Origin: the human T2T-CHM13v2.0 reference genome, Homo sapiens
DNA length: 64,000 bases
Assembly: GCF_009914755.1 (NCBI RefSeq)
Contig: NC_060928.1
Reading direction: 5' to 3' (one strand)
Shown here: positions 29,441 to 44,355 of the stretch, piece by piece
Layout of the letters: every line of letters starts with the position of its first letter
Position numbering within the stretch: the first letter of the stretch is position 1
Made by a program: the position numbers and the translations under genes
The notes under the pieces: model-generated
What the model was told of the DNA's origin: nothing
What the model saw: only the letters and a program-made list of their open reading frames with translations
Databases searched by the model: none

Positions 29441-31143
29441 CTTACTGCTAAAGGATTATTAAACTTTTCAGAAAATAATCTCAATATTTTGGGAAATTAT
29501 GAACAGGAAGATCCTTTACAGACATTAAATCTTCCTGGAAATTTTTCTCCAAAACATAAAATGGGCAATCTGTATTCTTAAACTGTACTAATTTTGTTGA
29601 GTATGAGCATTTTTATCTTAAAAGCAAAAACAAGTTTAAGGGTAAACTGGCATTCCTAAAATTCAGACTTGTGCTTTGCAAACAAGATGGTGAAAAATGT
29701 GACCATCCTTTCCATTTTCTACTTAAAAAAAAAAAAAAAGAAAACCATGTTGAGCACGTTGTGTGCAAAATAGCAGTAAGGCCCATTGGGCAGTAGCAAC
29801 ACTATCTTCCTGCAAATAGGTGTTCCCACCCCAGTGTTTAGGCTCACATGGCATCAGCTCTAAATGTGAAGCAATTCTGATGCTGTGATAGAATTCTTGA
29901 AAAATGAGTCTCATCTTGGAAATTATATTTGAAATGAGAAGGTAAATGTAATACCTTCAATGTACACCTACTATTTTTACCTAATCCTGGGCAATGATAC
30001 AACTAGAGATACCTGAATGCCAGAAGAATAGATAAGAACTTTACCTTTAAAAAAAAGAGAGAGAGAATGATTACCTCCACTTGTTGGATTCAAAAGAAAA
30101 ATTTAAATATATTTCTCATCTTCACGCTGTATTATTCCACCTGATAATAGTAAAGTAGCATAAATCCTAAATATAAAACAATTTACTTACGCTTCTCAGC
30201 ACACAGATCACATAATTCTGTGCTTGTACACCAGTGTAAAAATGTGTTCTGGGAAGATCAAATTTCCCAGCTAGTTGTCTAAAGGACATTAACCCTCCAT
30301 TATTTATTAGGCCGATTATAAAAGAAAGTTCTGCATGGTCCCAAAAGAGAAAAAAAAAATTGTCATGGTTCCCAGGAAGAAAAAATAAAAAGCAAGGATT
30401 ATCCTTGAAAGCAAAGAAGAGAATAGATTTTTTGTCTTTTTTTTTTTTTTTTTAAACCCAGTTGTCAGAAGAGTTGCCATGGGCACCATTAGGGGCCTAG
30501 GTTTAAATGTCAGATTTCTCTTCAACTACTATCCTTTTAACATTCTTTTTTGTTGTTCTTGTCCTGATTTCTCCTCCAGAGTTTTTTTAAACAATTCAAC
30601 TAAATACCCTGTTTGGCTCTACTATTCTTGAAGTATCCCTTTTTTCCTAAAAGCCCCCAAACTTTTGCTTTTAAGTGAATAAACTATTGCATTTTATGTA
30701 CTCTTATTGTTTCATTGCATCTATATTCATATGGTGTAATAGAAGTGAAAGCATTTAAATCATTCAGAGGACTCCATATACCATAGAGTAGTATTAGTCA
30801 TTATAAATAAAATAGAATTTAGCCAAGTCACGTCACCTTGTCATTATGCAGAACACTGATGTATGGCATATAGCACATTACATTATTTACTTGATAGAGG
30901 GTTTACATGTATGTGTGTGAAGGGATAATAAGGAAGTGCCCATGAGGAAGCAAATGAGAAAGATAAAACTCTGATTCTTAGGAACGAACTCTGATATGTG
31001 CTGAACACAGTGAGTATTTGAGTTGATATACCTTATAAACAAGTTTGAAAGAGTTTAAATCCAAGTTTAAGAAAACACTGGGAGAAAGTTAAGTTGCCTA
31101 ATCTGGAAGGGGGCAAATGGCTTGACTCTTTTCTATTCTTCAG

Positions 31144-31148
31144 AAAAG
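31144..31148 (+). other. Candidate 5-nt microexon (AAAAG)
   Basis: ttgactcttttctattcttcag|AAAAG|gtgagt. Motif evidence only. Confidence 0.3.
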
Positions 31149-32361
31149 GTGAGTTAGCAAGTTGATTTTGTTCCTAGGCTCTCATTGTTAAGAAAGCAAA
31201 ATCAAGCTCAATTGTCCTAGGCTTCTCCTCCTCCCTTCTCCTCTTCCTGGCTGCCTGCCCTCCTCCCATTTGAAAAGTTGGACATTTATGTTTGGAATAC
31301 TTTTTGCTAGTGTTAACATGCAAATGAACATTACTGAATGCTGAAGCAGCTTCATGAATAGGAAAGGCAGGCATGTGGGGGGATTTATATCTCTGTTGAT
31401 GCAATTGTGTCAGGGTCTCTGGTGAGCCCCCAGCATGAGTGCCATCATTTGCATAAATGAAGGCCAGCTTCCCATTGGAGGGAAAAGAAGAATGCTACAT
31501 TTCTTTCAACTGAACGCTTGTGGGCTAATCACTGCAGAAAAATACATGTATTATGTGAGTAGATTTGAATAACCCTTCAGAAGAGGGGTGGTAACAGAAT
31601 GACTGAATAATCCATTTAACTTCACTCCAGACCAGCAATATTGCCCCTTTACTTCCCACTTACAAAGCTGAATGTCTTCATATTAAAAGACTTTTAGGTT
31701 TAATTGCTAGAGTACAATTTAGACTCGTAACTTAAGATCAAATAGTCCCGCAACTTCCAGGAAAATGTTACACATTTGAGTAACTCCAGAGGAAAAGTAA
31801 CAATGTACTTTTAACATCCCACAGAGCAATGGTAAAAATACTATTGTCTTAATAGTAATAAAGTATTATTGCACTGTATATCAGAAAATAGTCATTGCAA
31901 AGCAAATAACATCAGTGATATTTTAATTTATCCAAGCAGGAATAAATGTGGGAGCAACCCAAAAGAGAGAAAAGAATTCAAGAAGGAGAAGAGGCCATTT
32001 TGAATTTCCGTTCCTGCTAGAAGGTTGGCCTGGCAGAATGCTTCTATTTTTGATCTCTGGTTTTTTAGTTTGCTTCAATAGGAGACAAGCATCCCCTTAC
32101 ATAAAAATAACTCAAACCTCAGTAAGCGTATACCAAAGGTTATGCTATGAGTTCTATGTTGTAAATAAAAGAGAAAAAAAGACAAATAAGGTAAATGTAA
32201 ATGCGTGAAAGTAAGAAAATATAGAAATAAATACAAAATTGTTCTGCATAGATTACGAAAGCTGCAGGACTTCTGAGAAGAAGGTGGCTGCAAAGATGTA
32301 AGTGGTTAAGTTGTCCAGAAAGGCTTTAGGGAAGCAGTGGGATAAGGTGTGGATCCTAAAG

Positions 32362-32536
32362 GTGCGCTGTCCATGCGGTAGCTGCTAGCCACACTGGGCT
32401 GCTTACATTTAAATTTAAATTTAATTAAAATAAAATAACATTTAAACATAACTTCTTCACTCGTCACATTTCAAGTACTTGATAGTTACATATGACTATG
32501 CAGATATAGAATATTTACATCACTACATAAAGTCCT
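32362..32536. mobile_element. MER3-like hAT DNA transposon inside an antisense L2 remnant (~32280-33060)
   Basis: 'gcgctgtcca..ggtagctgctagccac..acatttaaatttaaatttaattaaaat..cacatttcaagt'. Confidence 0.7.
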
Positions 32537-33149
32537 AAAAGATGAATGCAATTTGACATAGTAAAAACGTCAAGTTTGTGAGTTCCAGCAAGGAGATCAC
32601 GAGTGAACGCAGAACAAAAAAGAAAATGATATGACATTAAATTCTAAGGAAAAGACTAGATTGACAGAACTAGAAATGTTTATATTGGAAAATAGAGGGA
32701 AAAAATATAAGGAAGACCTAATCTAAAGACCTTTGAAACTTGGGTAGATGTGGTGAACAAGGAAACAGCGTGACAAAAGCTGTACTTAGAATGATTATTC
32801 TGACAGCAGCGTGATTAGATCAAGGAAGGAAGAGTCTGAATATGGGATTTCTACTGAAGCTGCCACAATAATCCCCCTGTGGCAATGGTGACAGCCTGTA
32901 CCAGAGGAGTGAGGGTGGGATGGGAGACCAAAAAATGGATACTAAAAAAATAAAATCCTAAGGAATGTCGTTTTTAGAAATTAGGAGTGAGGAAAATAAA
33001 AAACAAAAGAGAGAATAAATAATCACTTCAAGTTTGCTAACGTGAGTTTCTAGGAGAATTTCAGTTCTCCTAAACAAAAATAGAAATATGATAGTGGTTC
33101 TCAGTTTTTCCCTCATTCTGTGTATCCCCCACATTTCACTTTCACACTC

Positions 33150-35400
33150 TCCAAGATGATGACTTGACACCTCCTCCTCTTGCCTCTTCATTCCTCTGCC
33201 TCTCTGCCTACTCCACCATCAACTGATAATCTTGTCTCACGCTTTTTTGAGAAAATAAAAGCCGTCATGTAGGAACTCCGTCTTCCCACATGCAGCCAGC
33301 TACTCTCTTCCCCAGCCACCATTTCTCCCTTTCTCCTAACCTAGTGAATAAAGAAAGCCTTGTCCCATTCCATGCCAGCCCCTGCCCCTGTGCTCTGGAG
33401 CACCCTTCTTAGGTTTCGAAAGCCTTATACACAAATGACCTCTACTGTCTCTTCTATCATTAATTTCTTCCTGTAGCTTCTTTTCCACCACACACAACAA
33501 ATGTACTGGGTTGTGAAACTTAATCATTCTTTCCACCCCCATTGTCCATCAGTCAAATGTTGGATGAGATTGAACCCTACCTTCACCTTCAGAGTGTAAG
33601 CAATTCAGGTCATATTATTCGCTTATACACAGTTATTGTTTGGGGATGTGAAAAGAACCAAGACCTCAGCCATTTTAGTTCATGAAATCCCTCTGGAAAT
33701 TATGTTCAATTTATGTGGCTCCAATCAGGGTAAATGTTGGGACTTTTGTTTCCTCTCACTCTGAAATGTATGCTGTGAAGATAAAAAAGATCAGATACTA
33801 TTGTTTTGTTATTATGATAAAAGCCGAAACTGAGTGCATAGAAAAATATCGAAAACTGCAGAACTGAGAGCTGAAGAAAAATATAGTTGGAGCCCCCAAT
33901 TCTGGACTTTTTCAGGTACATGAACCATTCAATGTTCTTTATTGCTTAAGCCAACTTCAATTGTATGTTACAGCCAACAGTAAAATAACTGATACATTAA
34001 GTATCTTCGCCCAAAGCATGTCCTTCTTTAGACCCTTGTTCACATCTAGCTACTCTAACCTTTCTCTGCTCCCTGTCACAACAAAACTACTTAAAAGGTT
34101 TAATTTGTATAGCTTTTCTCGGACTTCTTATGCCTCCTTGACATAATCCTCTTGGGTTTCTCTTTCCAGTCTTCTATTGGACTATAGTTACCATCATCCC
34201 TAATTTCCTTCACGTTACATAACCAAAGACCACATATTTTATTTATTTCACTTGGTCTCTCAACAGCATTCAACAGGGTCAACAATTTGAAAACACTATT
34301 TTCTCTTGTCTTCAATGGAGTTAAACTCTTTTTTTTCCTCAAGTTCACATTATCAGAGTTCAGGTGCAAGAAATAGAAATCACTGTGGCATCTGAAAGAC
34401 AAGGAGATGTAACACAAGGAATTATGTGCTGTCCAAATGATTAGAGAAGCTGGAGGAGAAGGCTCTCCATGAGTCCTGAGATTACGCCCGGGATAATATT
34501 TTAGATCTGCAAAAATCAGAATCTTGGATCATTAGAAAGTCATCCTGAATCCTTGTCTCTAGGAATACATGCCATCATTCACTTGGTTTCTAGAGCCAAA
34601 CTTCCAGGAATCAATCTTGAGTTGTCTTTTTCCTTCATTCTCTCTATATAATCAACAAAGCAATCCAATCCAACTCTAAAATAAATTCTGCATCTACCAT
34701 TGTCTGTTATCTGCGTTACCACCTTCCTGTACAAGTCTCCATAATTTGATCACATAGACTATAGGCAGAGTCTCTAAACTGGTCTATCTGCACCAGCTGT
34801 TTCCTGCATTCTGCACATGGCATCCAGAATAATCATTTTGCAATAAAATTAGATCATACAATTTTCTTGCTCAAAATTTGACAGTGGTTCTCAGCGGCAC
34901 CTAGAATAGAATTCCAACTTTTCATATGCACTGAGAACTGGCCTTTGCTCACCTGCCCAACCTTCTCATACCTTTCTCTTCTTCCGCATTCCTCTACCCA
35001 CACCAATCACTTCCTGTTCTTGGAATATACCAAAATTGATCCCACATTAGGGCATGTGCACTCACCTTTCCTTCCTCTCACAAGATTCTTCTCTCAGACA
35101 TTCACAGGACTGACTCCTTCTAATCATTTAGGTTTCAACAATTTCATAGAATGGTTTTCTCAGATTTCCAAGTCTAACATAGCTTCTCCCACTCACTCTA
35201 TCCCATTACCCTGTTTATTGTCTTCATAGCATACCAATCATTTAAAATTCTCTGGCCCATTTTCTATTAAGTTTCAAGAAAGTCATGATTTGTCTGTCAT
35301 GCTTCGCACCTAGACTAGTACCTCTTCTCTCCACCTAGTTGCTCCTTAGTCTTGAGATCTAACAGGAACTCCATAAATGTCTGTTGTGTGATTAATTGGA
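33150..35400 (+). mobile_element. L2 remnant including its 3' end, interrupted by an MLT1 (~33500-33995)
   Basis: Pyrimidine-rich L2 ORF2 motifs ('cagcattcaaca', 'catccagaataatcatttt') and 3' end 'ccataaatgtctgttg'. MLT1 end 'ttgtatgttacagccaac..aactgataca'. Confidence 0.65.
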
Positions 35401-37371
35401 TTCTTAGTAAATAGCCCAAACCAACTGCTTAAAATCTCACATGTACATTTATTGATAGATAGCATAGAATAGTGAACAAAAAAAAAAAATCTCATTCCTC
35501 TACAGGGATGGGACCCTTTTCTGGAATAGGCATGGAGGACAGCCGCAGTATAGAAAATCAAATTAGGCCTAGGAAAAGCTACCAGTCAGCACTAAGAAAG
35601 ATCAGGGAAGAAGTGAGGCAGTATCCTCCTTCCACATTCATGAAAAATGTCAGCAAACATTATACTGAATTCCAAATTTCCCTGAAGATTGTAGTTGTTT
35701 CACTTGTAAGCCAACTCAATGATATATTGTAGGCCTACATAAAATAAACCAGAGTCTATCTAGTTTCTAGTATCTAGTTTAATTCAGTCTTTCTAGTATC
35801 TTGGCAACAGTCATGAATTGGGCTCTCAAATTAACATTTAAATTCTTAACTTCTGAAAGGTCCCCTCTCTATACACTATATAAAAGGATAAAAGTTATTC
35901 TAAGTAATTCTTAAAAGAAGTAATGTAAATTTGAAATGATACGTTTAGAAGAACAGGAAACCAGATGACTTTGCAAAGAGTTCTATATGTGGGATGTGTT
36001 AGAAAGAAAGAAGGTGATGTCTGTTTTTTTAAAATACCACCTTATTTGATAAGGAAGGACTGACTCCTAGTCTGGATTGACAACGTTTTAGAAAGTCCCC
36101 AAGTTTAAAGAACTGGGTGACAAGAAGAGGAATACTTCCAGAAACCTCACCATATTTGGAGAACGTAAATATCTCCTGCTGTGAGGAAACTTGGTCTCTC
36201 CTGAATAATCGACCTTCAATCTTGGATTGATTATGCATCAGAGAAAATCCTGACTCAGGGTTAGCTGGCAGAAAACAGAATGCTTTCATGCCTAGGGTCC
36301 AACAGAATAATCCTTTTATTACCTAATTACATGTGTGTGTGCCTTGGTATTGTTCTACACAAATCCATGGTATTAATGCACTTTCTTTTAATCACTAATA
36401 TAATTGTTACCTATGTCCTTTTATTTATAACATGATTATTATGATCATTAAAATCACTACTGCAAATTATTATCTTCACTTTTCTCCAAACTAAATATAA
36501 CTGATCATTCTTTTCTTAAATTATTAACTATCAACTTTCCTTACTCTACAACGAGGTTGGTGCTATTAAATAGTTATATTTTTCCCTCTTTTTCTAGCCT
36601 TTACATATCTCTGTAGCTCAATCTTTATCTCATTTGCTCTTGTTTTTCGTGTGTTTTCCGATTCAAAGTTTATTTTCTAAGGCTAAGCCCTACTTTTCCT
36701 AGTTTCTAAGTACCGTATCTTCCCATATTTTCTTGAACCTCTTCCTTTTCTAGGTTACCCTATTTTTTATTCATATGTTTACAAATGGTCCAGGGGTAAC
36801 TGAAGGAAACTTTCAGCCAAACTGATCTGTAAGGGCAACAAAGCACAGTGTGAATATCAGAAATTTGTAGAAGTTAGCTCAGGTTTCTGTATGCAACTCC
36901 TCAGATGATTGGCAAAATGTAAAGTGGCAACCTTCCACAAAGTAGACAGCACCCTCGAGTGAATATAAAAACATTTCTCATCATTGCCAATCTTTTTCTA
37001 CAATTTAAGTATCACTTTTTTCATGTTTAAGCACAAATTTCTCAACACAACCACAGATCTCAACACTTTTTCTCTTACCAGTGAGCTAACAGCCCTCACA
37101 TTATCACTTTTAGATACTCCAGGCTTCAAGATTTTTCCATTACCATTAAAAAGAAAAGGTTTTTATACCCATGATAAGTATTCTAGTTTATTATTAACCC
37201 TCTAATATATAGTTTTTAATTCCTCACTTTACTAAAATTGTATACCTGCACCAATGAATTAAAAGTCAACAAATACCGAGACCTTTTGTCAGGCTTCAAC
37301 TCAACTGACTCTCTGTAGCCACTGACGTTGTTGCTGTTTTTATAAACTCTCCTGTATGAGTTTAATGATTC

Positions 37372-37522
37372 TACCTTCTTCCTCTTCTTCTTCTTCTTCT
37401 CCTTCTACTTCTTCTTCTTACAGTTTCTTACTCTATTGCCCAGGCTACAGTGCAGTGCTGTGATCATAGCTCACTGTAGCCTTGAACTCCTGGGCTCAAC
37501 GGATTCTCACACCTCGGCTTCA
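37372..37522 (-). mobile_element. Alu monomer (FLAM/AluJ-like) with (CTT)n tail
   Basis: 'gatcatagctcactgtagccttgaactcctgggctcaa' preceded by (CTT)n. Confidence 0.75.
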
Positions 37523-37685
37523 TTACCCCTGTACCTTTTTCACCCTTATATAAAAGTGGAAACCTCCCAAGAAAACATCCTTCAAACATTTGTGCTTAGT
37601 GATTACACATTTCTAAGTCAGATGAGTTCCAGGGTTTCTTAAATCACTTAAATTTCTGAAATGACCTCTAAGCTCTAGATCTGAT

Positions 37686-37816
37686 TTGGTATTGTTCTAC
37701 ACAAATCCATGGTATTAATGGATTACTGTGTCTATAAGAACAGGAAACCCAATGAATTTGCAAAGAGTTCTGTATGAGAGATGTGTTAGAAAGAAAGAAG
37801 GTGATGTCTGTTTTTT
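37686..37816 (+). repeat. Composite local duplication: 37686-37720 = 36344-36378; 37736-37816 ~ 35949-36029
   Basis: Direct comparison: 35/35 identical for the first piece, about 6 mismatches in 81 for the second. Confidence 0.92.
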
Positions 37817-37909
37817 GGTTTTCTGTACCTGCTGGCTCTCTTCCCTGATCACCTCAAAACTAATTGCTCTCTTTTACTTAGGTGTGTGATGCTCTTTAAA
37901 AGCAAAGCC

Positions 37910-38072
37910 TTAGTAAGAAGATGATAGCCACCTCTAAGTACCTGGAGAATGGGTACATAGAGAAAAAAATTAGATGTCTCATGAAGTATCGCAGAAAAGA
38001 GCCAGCACCAATAGGTTAGAAGGCTCAGAAAGGTAGATTTTTGAATTATTATATATATAAAAACTTTCTAAA
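37910..38072 (+). mobile_element. L3/CR1 3' fragment
   Basis: 'atgatagccacctctaagtacctg..ccaataggttagaag..ggtagattt..aactttctaa'. Confidence 0.55.
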
Positions 38073-38339
38073 ACTTTTTAGACTAATTTTTAGTTCAATA
38101 TAAAAATAAAATATTTTATATGAATTTTCAGAGTATTCTGTGCATATTAGCTACTTAAGTGTGTATTGCTGTCAGGAAAATAATAGAATTCATGACTTCT
38201 TACATTGATAATTTGTTTCTAATAAAATGGGAATTATGTGGTGACAACAAGATTGATTAAATGATAGTACTTTTGCTTATATGTCATATATCAGACAAAA
38301 TTATGCTTCAGATGAATTCATATTGGCATTCTCTTCCTT

Positions 38340-38560
38340 TGCCTTGAGGAAGCAACAATTTCTTAAACAGCACACTAAACAGCACTAATCATAAAGAAAA
38401 GAATGATAAATTGAACATCATTAAAACTACAAACTTTTTAAAGAGAAATTCTGCTCATCAGAAACACCATTAAGGGAATAAAAAGATAAGCACATACTGA
38501 AAGAAGATATTTGCAATACATAAATCTGACAAAGGACTCATATCCCAAGTACACAGGTTA
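38340..38560 (+). mobile_element. L1M ORF2 fragment
   Basis: 'gaagatatttgcaatacataaatctgacaaaggactcatatcc'. Confidence 0.7.
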
Positions 38561-39334
38561 AAATTAAAAGGCAGATGTTTCTCTAAGACCTACTTGAGAC
38601 CTTAAGGCCCTAAGAATATCCACAGGACATTTTCTTTAGATGCTGAATTGAGATCTCAGGTGGAGTTTTCTCTGTTTAATGAAAGCTGAATAATGATAAA
38701 GACCACTTTACTTCCAGGAATAAAGAGTATTATATGTCTAGTTTTGAATTCTAGTGAAATATTGTGCTACATTTGGCACATGTGTTTACTATTTTAGATG
38801 AGAAGATACTTAACAAGTGGAATATTTCCTTCATTTCTACTCTTGCTGTGACATAGTAGAACTTCAATGTAGTTTATTCAAAACACTTATTATCATTTCC
38901 CTTAGTAAGTGCTCTTTAACACAATTCAAGTACAAGATGCTCAGATGGAATATGGATGACCGGAACTATTAGTTTTGCCTGAATTGTTTTTTCTTCTTGT
39001 TTCTTGGAATAGTACTTTTTATGATGGTTATTACTATTCTGTAACTCATGAATTGTCAGACTATTAGTGAAGCAGATATCCACTGCTTTGATAGACTCCC
39101 TGGCACCAAAACTCCAAAATTTCTCTAATCTAAAAGAGGACTTTTAGATTAGTCTGTGGTTGATGGTCTGGTGCTGCAAACCTCAAACGTTAAATGAACA
39201 TCCATACAATTGTTGCTTACAACTTTGTCCTGGGAGGCCCATGGTCGAATTCCTCTTTGTAAAACTAAAGCTCTCCTAATATTCTCAGTACAATTAATGG
39301 TTTTCCTTACTTTTCCACAGAACAAATAAGCTTT

Positions 39335-39925
39335 GTAAGTTAGGACTGTTCACTGTTATATGTAATAAGCCACAAGAAGATAGCTACTATTGTTATCCCT
39401 ATTTGATAGAGGAGGGAATTAAAGCACAGATTTGTTAAGTAACTGCCCCATGTGGTGGGTGGTAAAGCCAGAATTTGAGCCTCCTCAGCCTATTGTCCTA
39501 ATTTTAACTGTTGCTGTTTTTTTCTATTTAGCTTTTCAGGGGTCTCATAAATATCACTTCTTTTTTGCTAAAGTTTTGAACTAATGAAGAATGAAGATAA
39601 AATAGTAAAGACAAATGGGAAATAAATTACTGTAAAACCCTGTAATACTGAGTCCCACAATAATGTAAATGTCAACATATCGTGATAGGTGCTTGACTCC
39701 TTCCTTTGCCCAAACCTTGTTTTCAAACTGGAATGGTCTAATATTTGTACCTTTCCTAAGAATGCTGTTAGATGGCAACAATTATCACAAAATCAAAAAT
39801 AAAGAGACTGTCAAGTAACTTGACCAAGGTCACATTCCCTATAGGAAATGAAGCAGGATGCGGGAATTTGAGCACAGATAAATCTGTATTAGAAGCCCAT
39901 GTTCTTTCCAGTTTGTATATTGCTT
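39335..39925 (-). mobile_element. Two MIR fragments (~39335-39490 and ~39770-39925)
   Basis: 'gttaagtaactgccc..agccagaatttgagc' and 'caagtaacttgaccaaggtcaca..ggaatttgagc'. Confidence 0.6.
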
Positions 39926-41099
39926 CTTTTAGCTCTGTACATAATGGATTATTGCTATTATAGAACAATTTATTCATATTTTGGTAGGTATCATGGCTAT
40001 ATTTTGTAATTTACTTCTCATCTAGATGAAATTATTAATAAATTCTAACTATCATTTTCTGACATTGTAAATTTTTACTTCAATTCAGCAAGCAGTGCTT
40101 AAAGTCAAATTGTCAATAAGTAATTGGGTTATTAGGGGATTCTTTGCAAAGTAATTTCTATTAATTATGTAATATGTGTAGAATTCTATGGTGACATTTA
40201 CCAACTAATTCCTGATAAGTACTTTTATCAAATGTATTTCATTTTGCTTTTTAAAAGTATTTTCCACCAGTAAGCAGATTTTATGTGCTTAATAAGACTA
40301 GATAACTTTATCAAAAGAGCAGAAATCAAGGCAAAATTTATCCTTGCCTTATTAAATGTGCCTAGAAATTCAGTCTACAACTTAGAATAGTTTAGATTCA
40401 ACTTTGAATAAAAGGGTTGATATGCCTCAACAAAGGACTCACTTAATTTTAGTTTGCTTTTGAAATTAACATTCTAATGTACTAATTTAGAGACACCAAT
40501 AAAGGTAATGATGGCACAATTAATCTGATAACTTCTTCAGAATAATTCCTGATAATATGTTTTCTCAGCCTGGAGAACTGAACTTATGAAACACTGGCAA
40601 TTGCATTAAATTATTATTTGATAGTGACTTTTATAGCCATTATTTCTGATTTTTGTTTAACTGAAAGAACCGTTACTTTTTCTTCTTATTTGAACAGCTC
40701 TGAACAAGTCTAATATTATAAATTACAGTATATAACATCACAAAATTATAAAACTATTGTAACCAAATAAATTACATACATATATGCACAATATCAAAGT
40801 TCTAGTTTAATCCTGGAATGAAAACAACGTAGTATACACTCCTTACTTCTACTTATTACACATTCTTTCTCCCATGTGCAACACGGTGCCTCCAAGTTGT
40901 CCTGCAACTGTTCACCTAAAGTATGTCTTTACGTATGTCTAAAGTATGTTTACCAAGGTTTAAACATAACTGGTCCTGAAATTTGATTATAGCCAAGATT
41001 GAGAAACTAAAGAAATAAGTTAAATTGGATTTAGTAGATATTATGAAGTAGTAAGTCCTTAGAAAAATTGAATTTCCAAAATAGTATAGATATTTTTAT

Positions 41100-42368
<1,269 letters not shown>

Positions 42369-43283
42369 TTTATAACAACACATTAATAAGATAATTTCTC
42401 CCCCCTCCCCTATTCTGTTTTAGAAATCATCCAAAATAATGAAAAAGATAAACAGAAATGCAAACTCCAATTTCAATAAAACTAGAAGATTTCCACAAAC
42501 TAAAACTACACAATTTGATGAAGGGTTGTTGAAAGCAGCGAAGTTCAAGTAGGATACAGAAAAACTTGAGAGAGAATGCTAGAAAGCAGCTGAGAAAGTT
42601 TCAGACTGTAACTCTCTAAACAAGGGAAACATTTAATATTCAAGATCCATAATATTTTGTTTGGAACAACAGGGAAGCAAGGAGGTGGAGGAAGACTACC
42701 TGTATATAGTCTGTCATCTGATTTTAAGAAGCAGAGAAAATGGCACTGAGCAAGGATCCAAATAATATAACCAATTTGCAGAACACCATTTGTCAGTTGG
42801 ACAGAGAAGGAGAAAGACTGCATTAGGAGGTGCCTAAGTGCCAACATCAGTGAGCTGGGGTGACATACAAGTGAAAAGAATTCACCTACGGATAACCATA
42901 GGTTATGGGGAAAATTCCTGCTACAGGGAATACAACCCTGTCCCCATCTCCACATGGACATGTTGCAAGTAGCTGATACAAAAAAATTTCACCTCATTCA
43001 CAAGAGTATATCAATTAGAAACAAACCAGAGAAGAGGCTGGAAAGATTTCTAAAACAGAGAACAGAAGAAACAGGGAGAAAATGCCAAGCAAAGTGTACT
43101 TACTAACAAAATGTTACCATGTTAACAGTAAAAACTGGTGGTCTACAGTAAAGCCATAACTTTAAATAAACTTTAAATTTAACGTTTGTTAAATTTAAAT
43201 CTAATATCTAATTAACACCTCAATAAGATAAGGATGCCTATGTTTTAGGAAGAAAATTATTATTTTCTATAAAAATTATTTCT

Positions 43284-43793
<510 letters not shown>

Positions 43794-44322
43794 TCAACAT
43801 GCAAAAGGATATCCTCTTCACCTCTATTTTTAAGCTTTATTCTACAACTACCAGCCAACAAATTCAGGGGAAGAAGCACATGAGACATAAAAATTGGACA
43901 AGAATAAATAAAATTATCACTATTTGTAAATAATATTATTATTTGCTGGGAAAGGCCAATGAAATCAACTGAAAAACTATTACAAATTTTATGAGGAATT
44001 ATTATGACACCTGAATATGAAATTAATATCAAGAAATCAATAGTCTTCATGGAGTCAGACAACCAAATAGAAGCTAAAGGAAGAAAATGCCAAATATAAC
44101 TACTATCAAAATGATAAAACACCTAGAGATGTACTTAAGAAATATATGAGATCTGAATAAAATGGTAACTTTACAATATTACCAAGAGACACAGAAGATG
44201 AAAAACAATACCATTCTTGAATTAGAACCCTTGATATCATAAGGATATCCCTTATCTAAATTAACAAATAATATGAACCCAATAATATCACTTTTAAAAA
44301 ATAAAACCAGGCACTTCTAAAA

Positions 44323-44355
44323 TGTGTGTGTGTGTGTGTATGTGTGTGTGTGTGT
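44323..44355. repeat. (TG)n microsatellite
   Basis: Direct reading. Confidence 0.9.

Noticed and set aside
30036-30070. Minus-strand recursive splice site (ttttaaag|gtaaag)
   Set aside because: AAG acceptor and non-consensus donor; easily produced by an A-tract.
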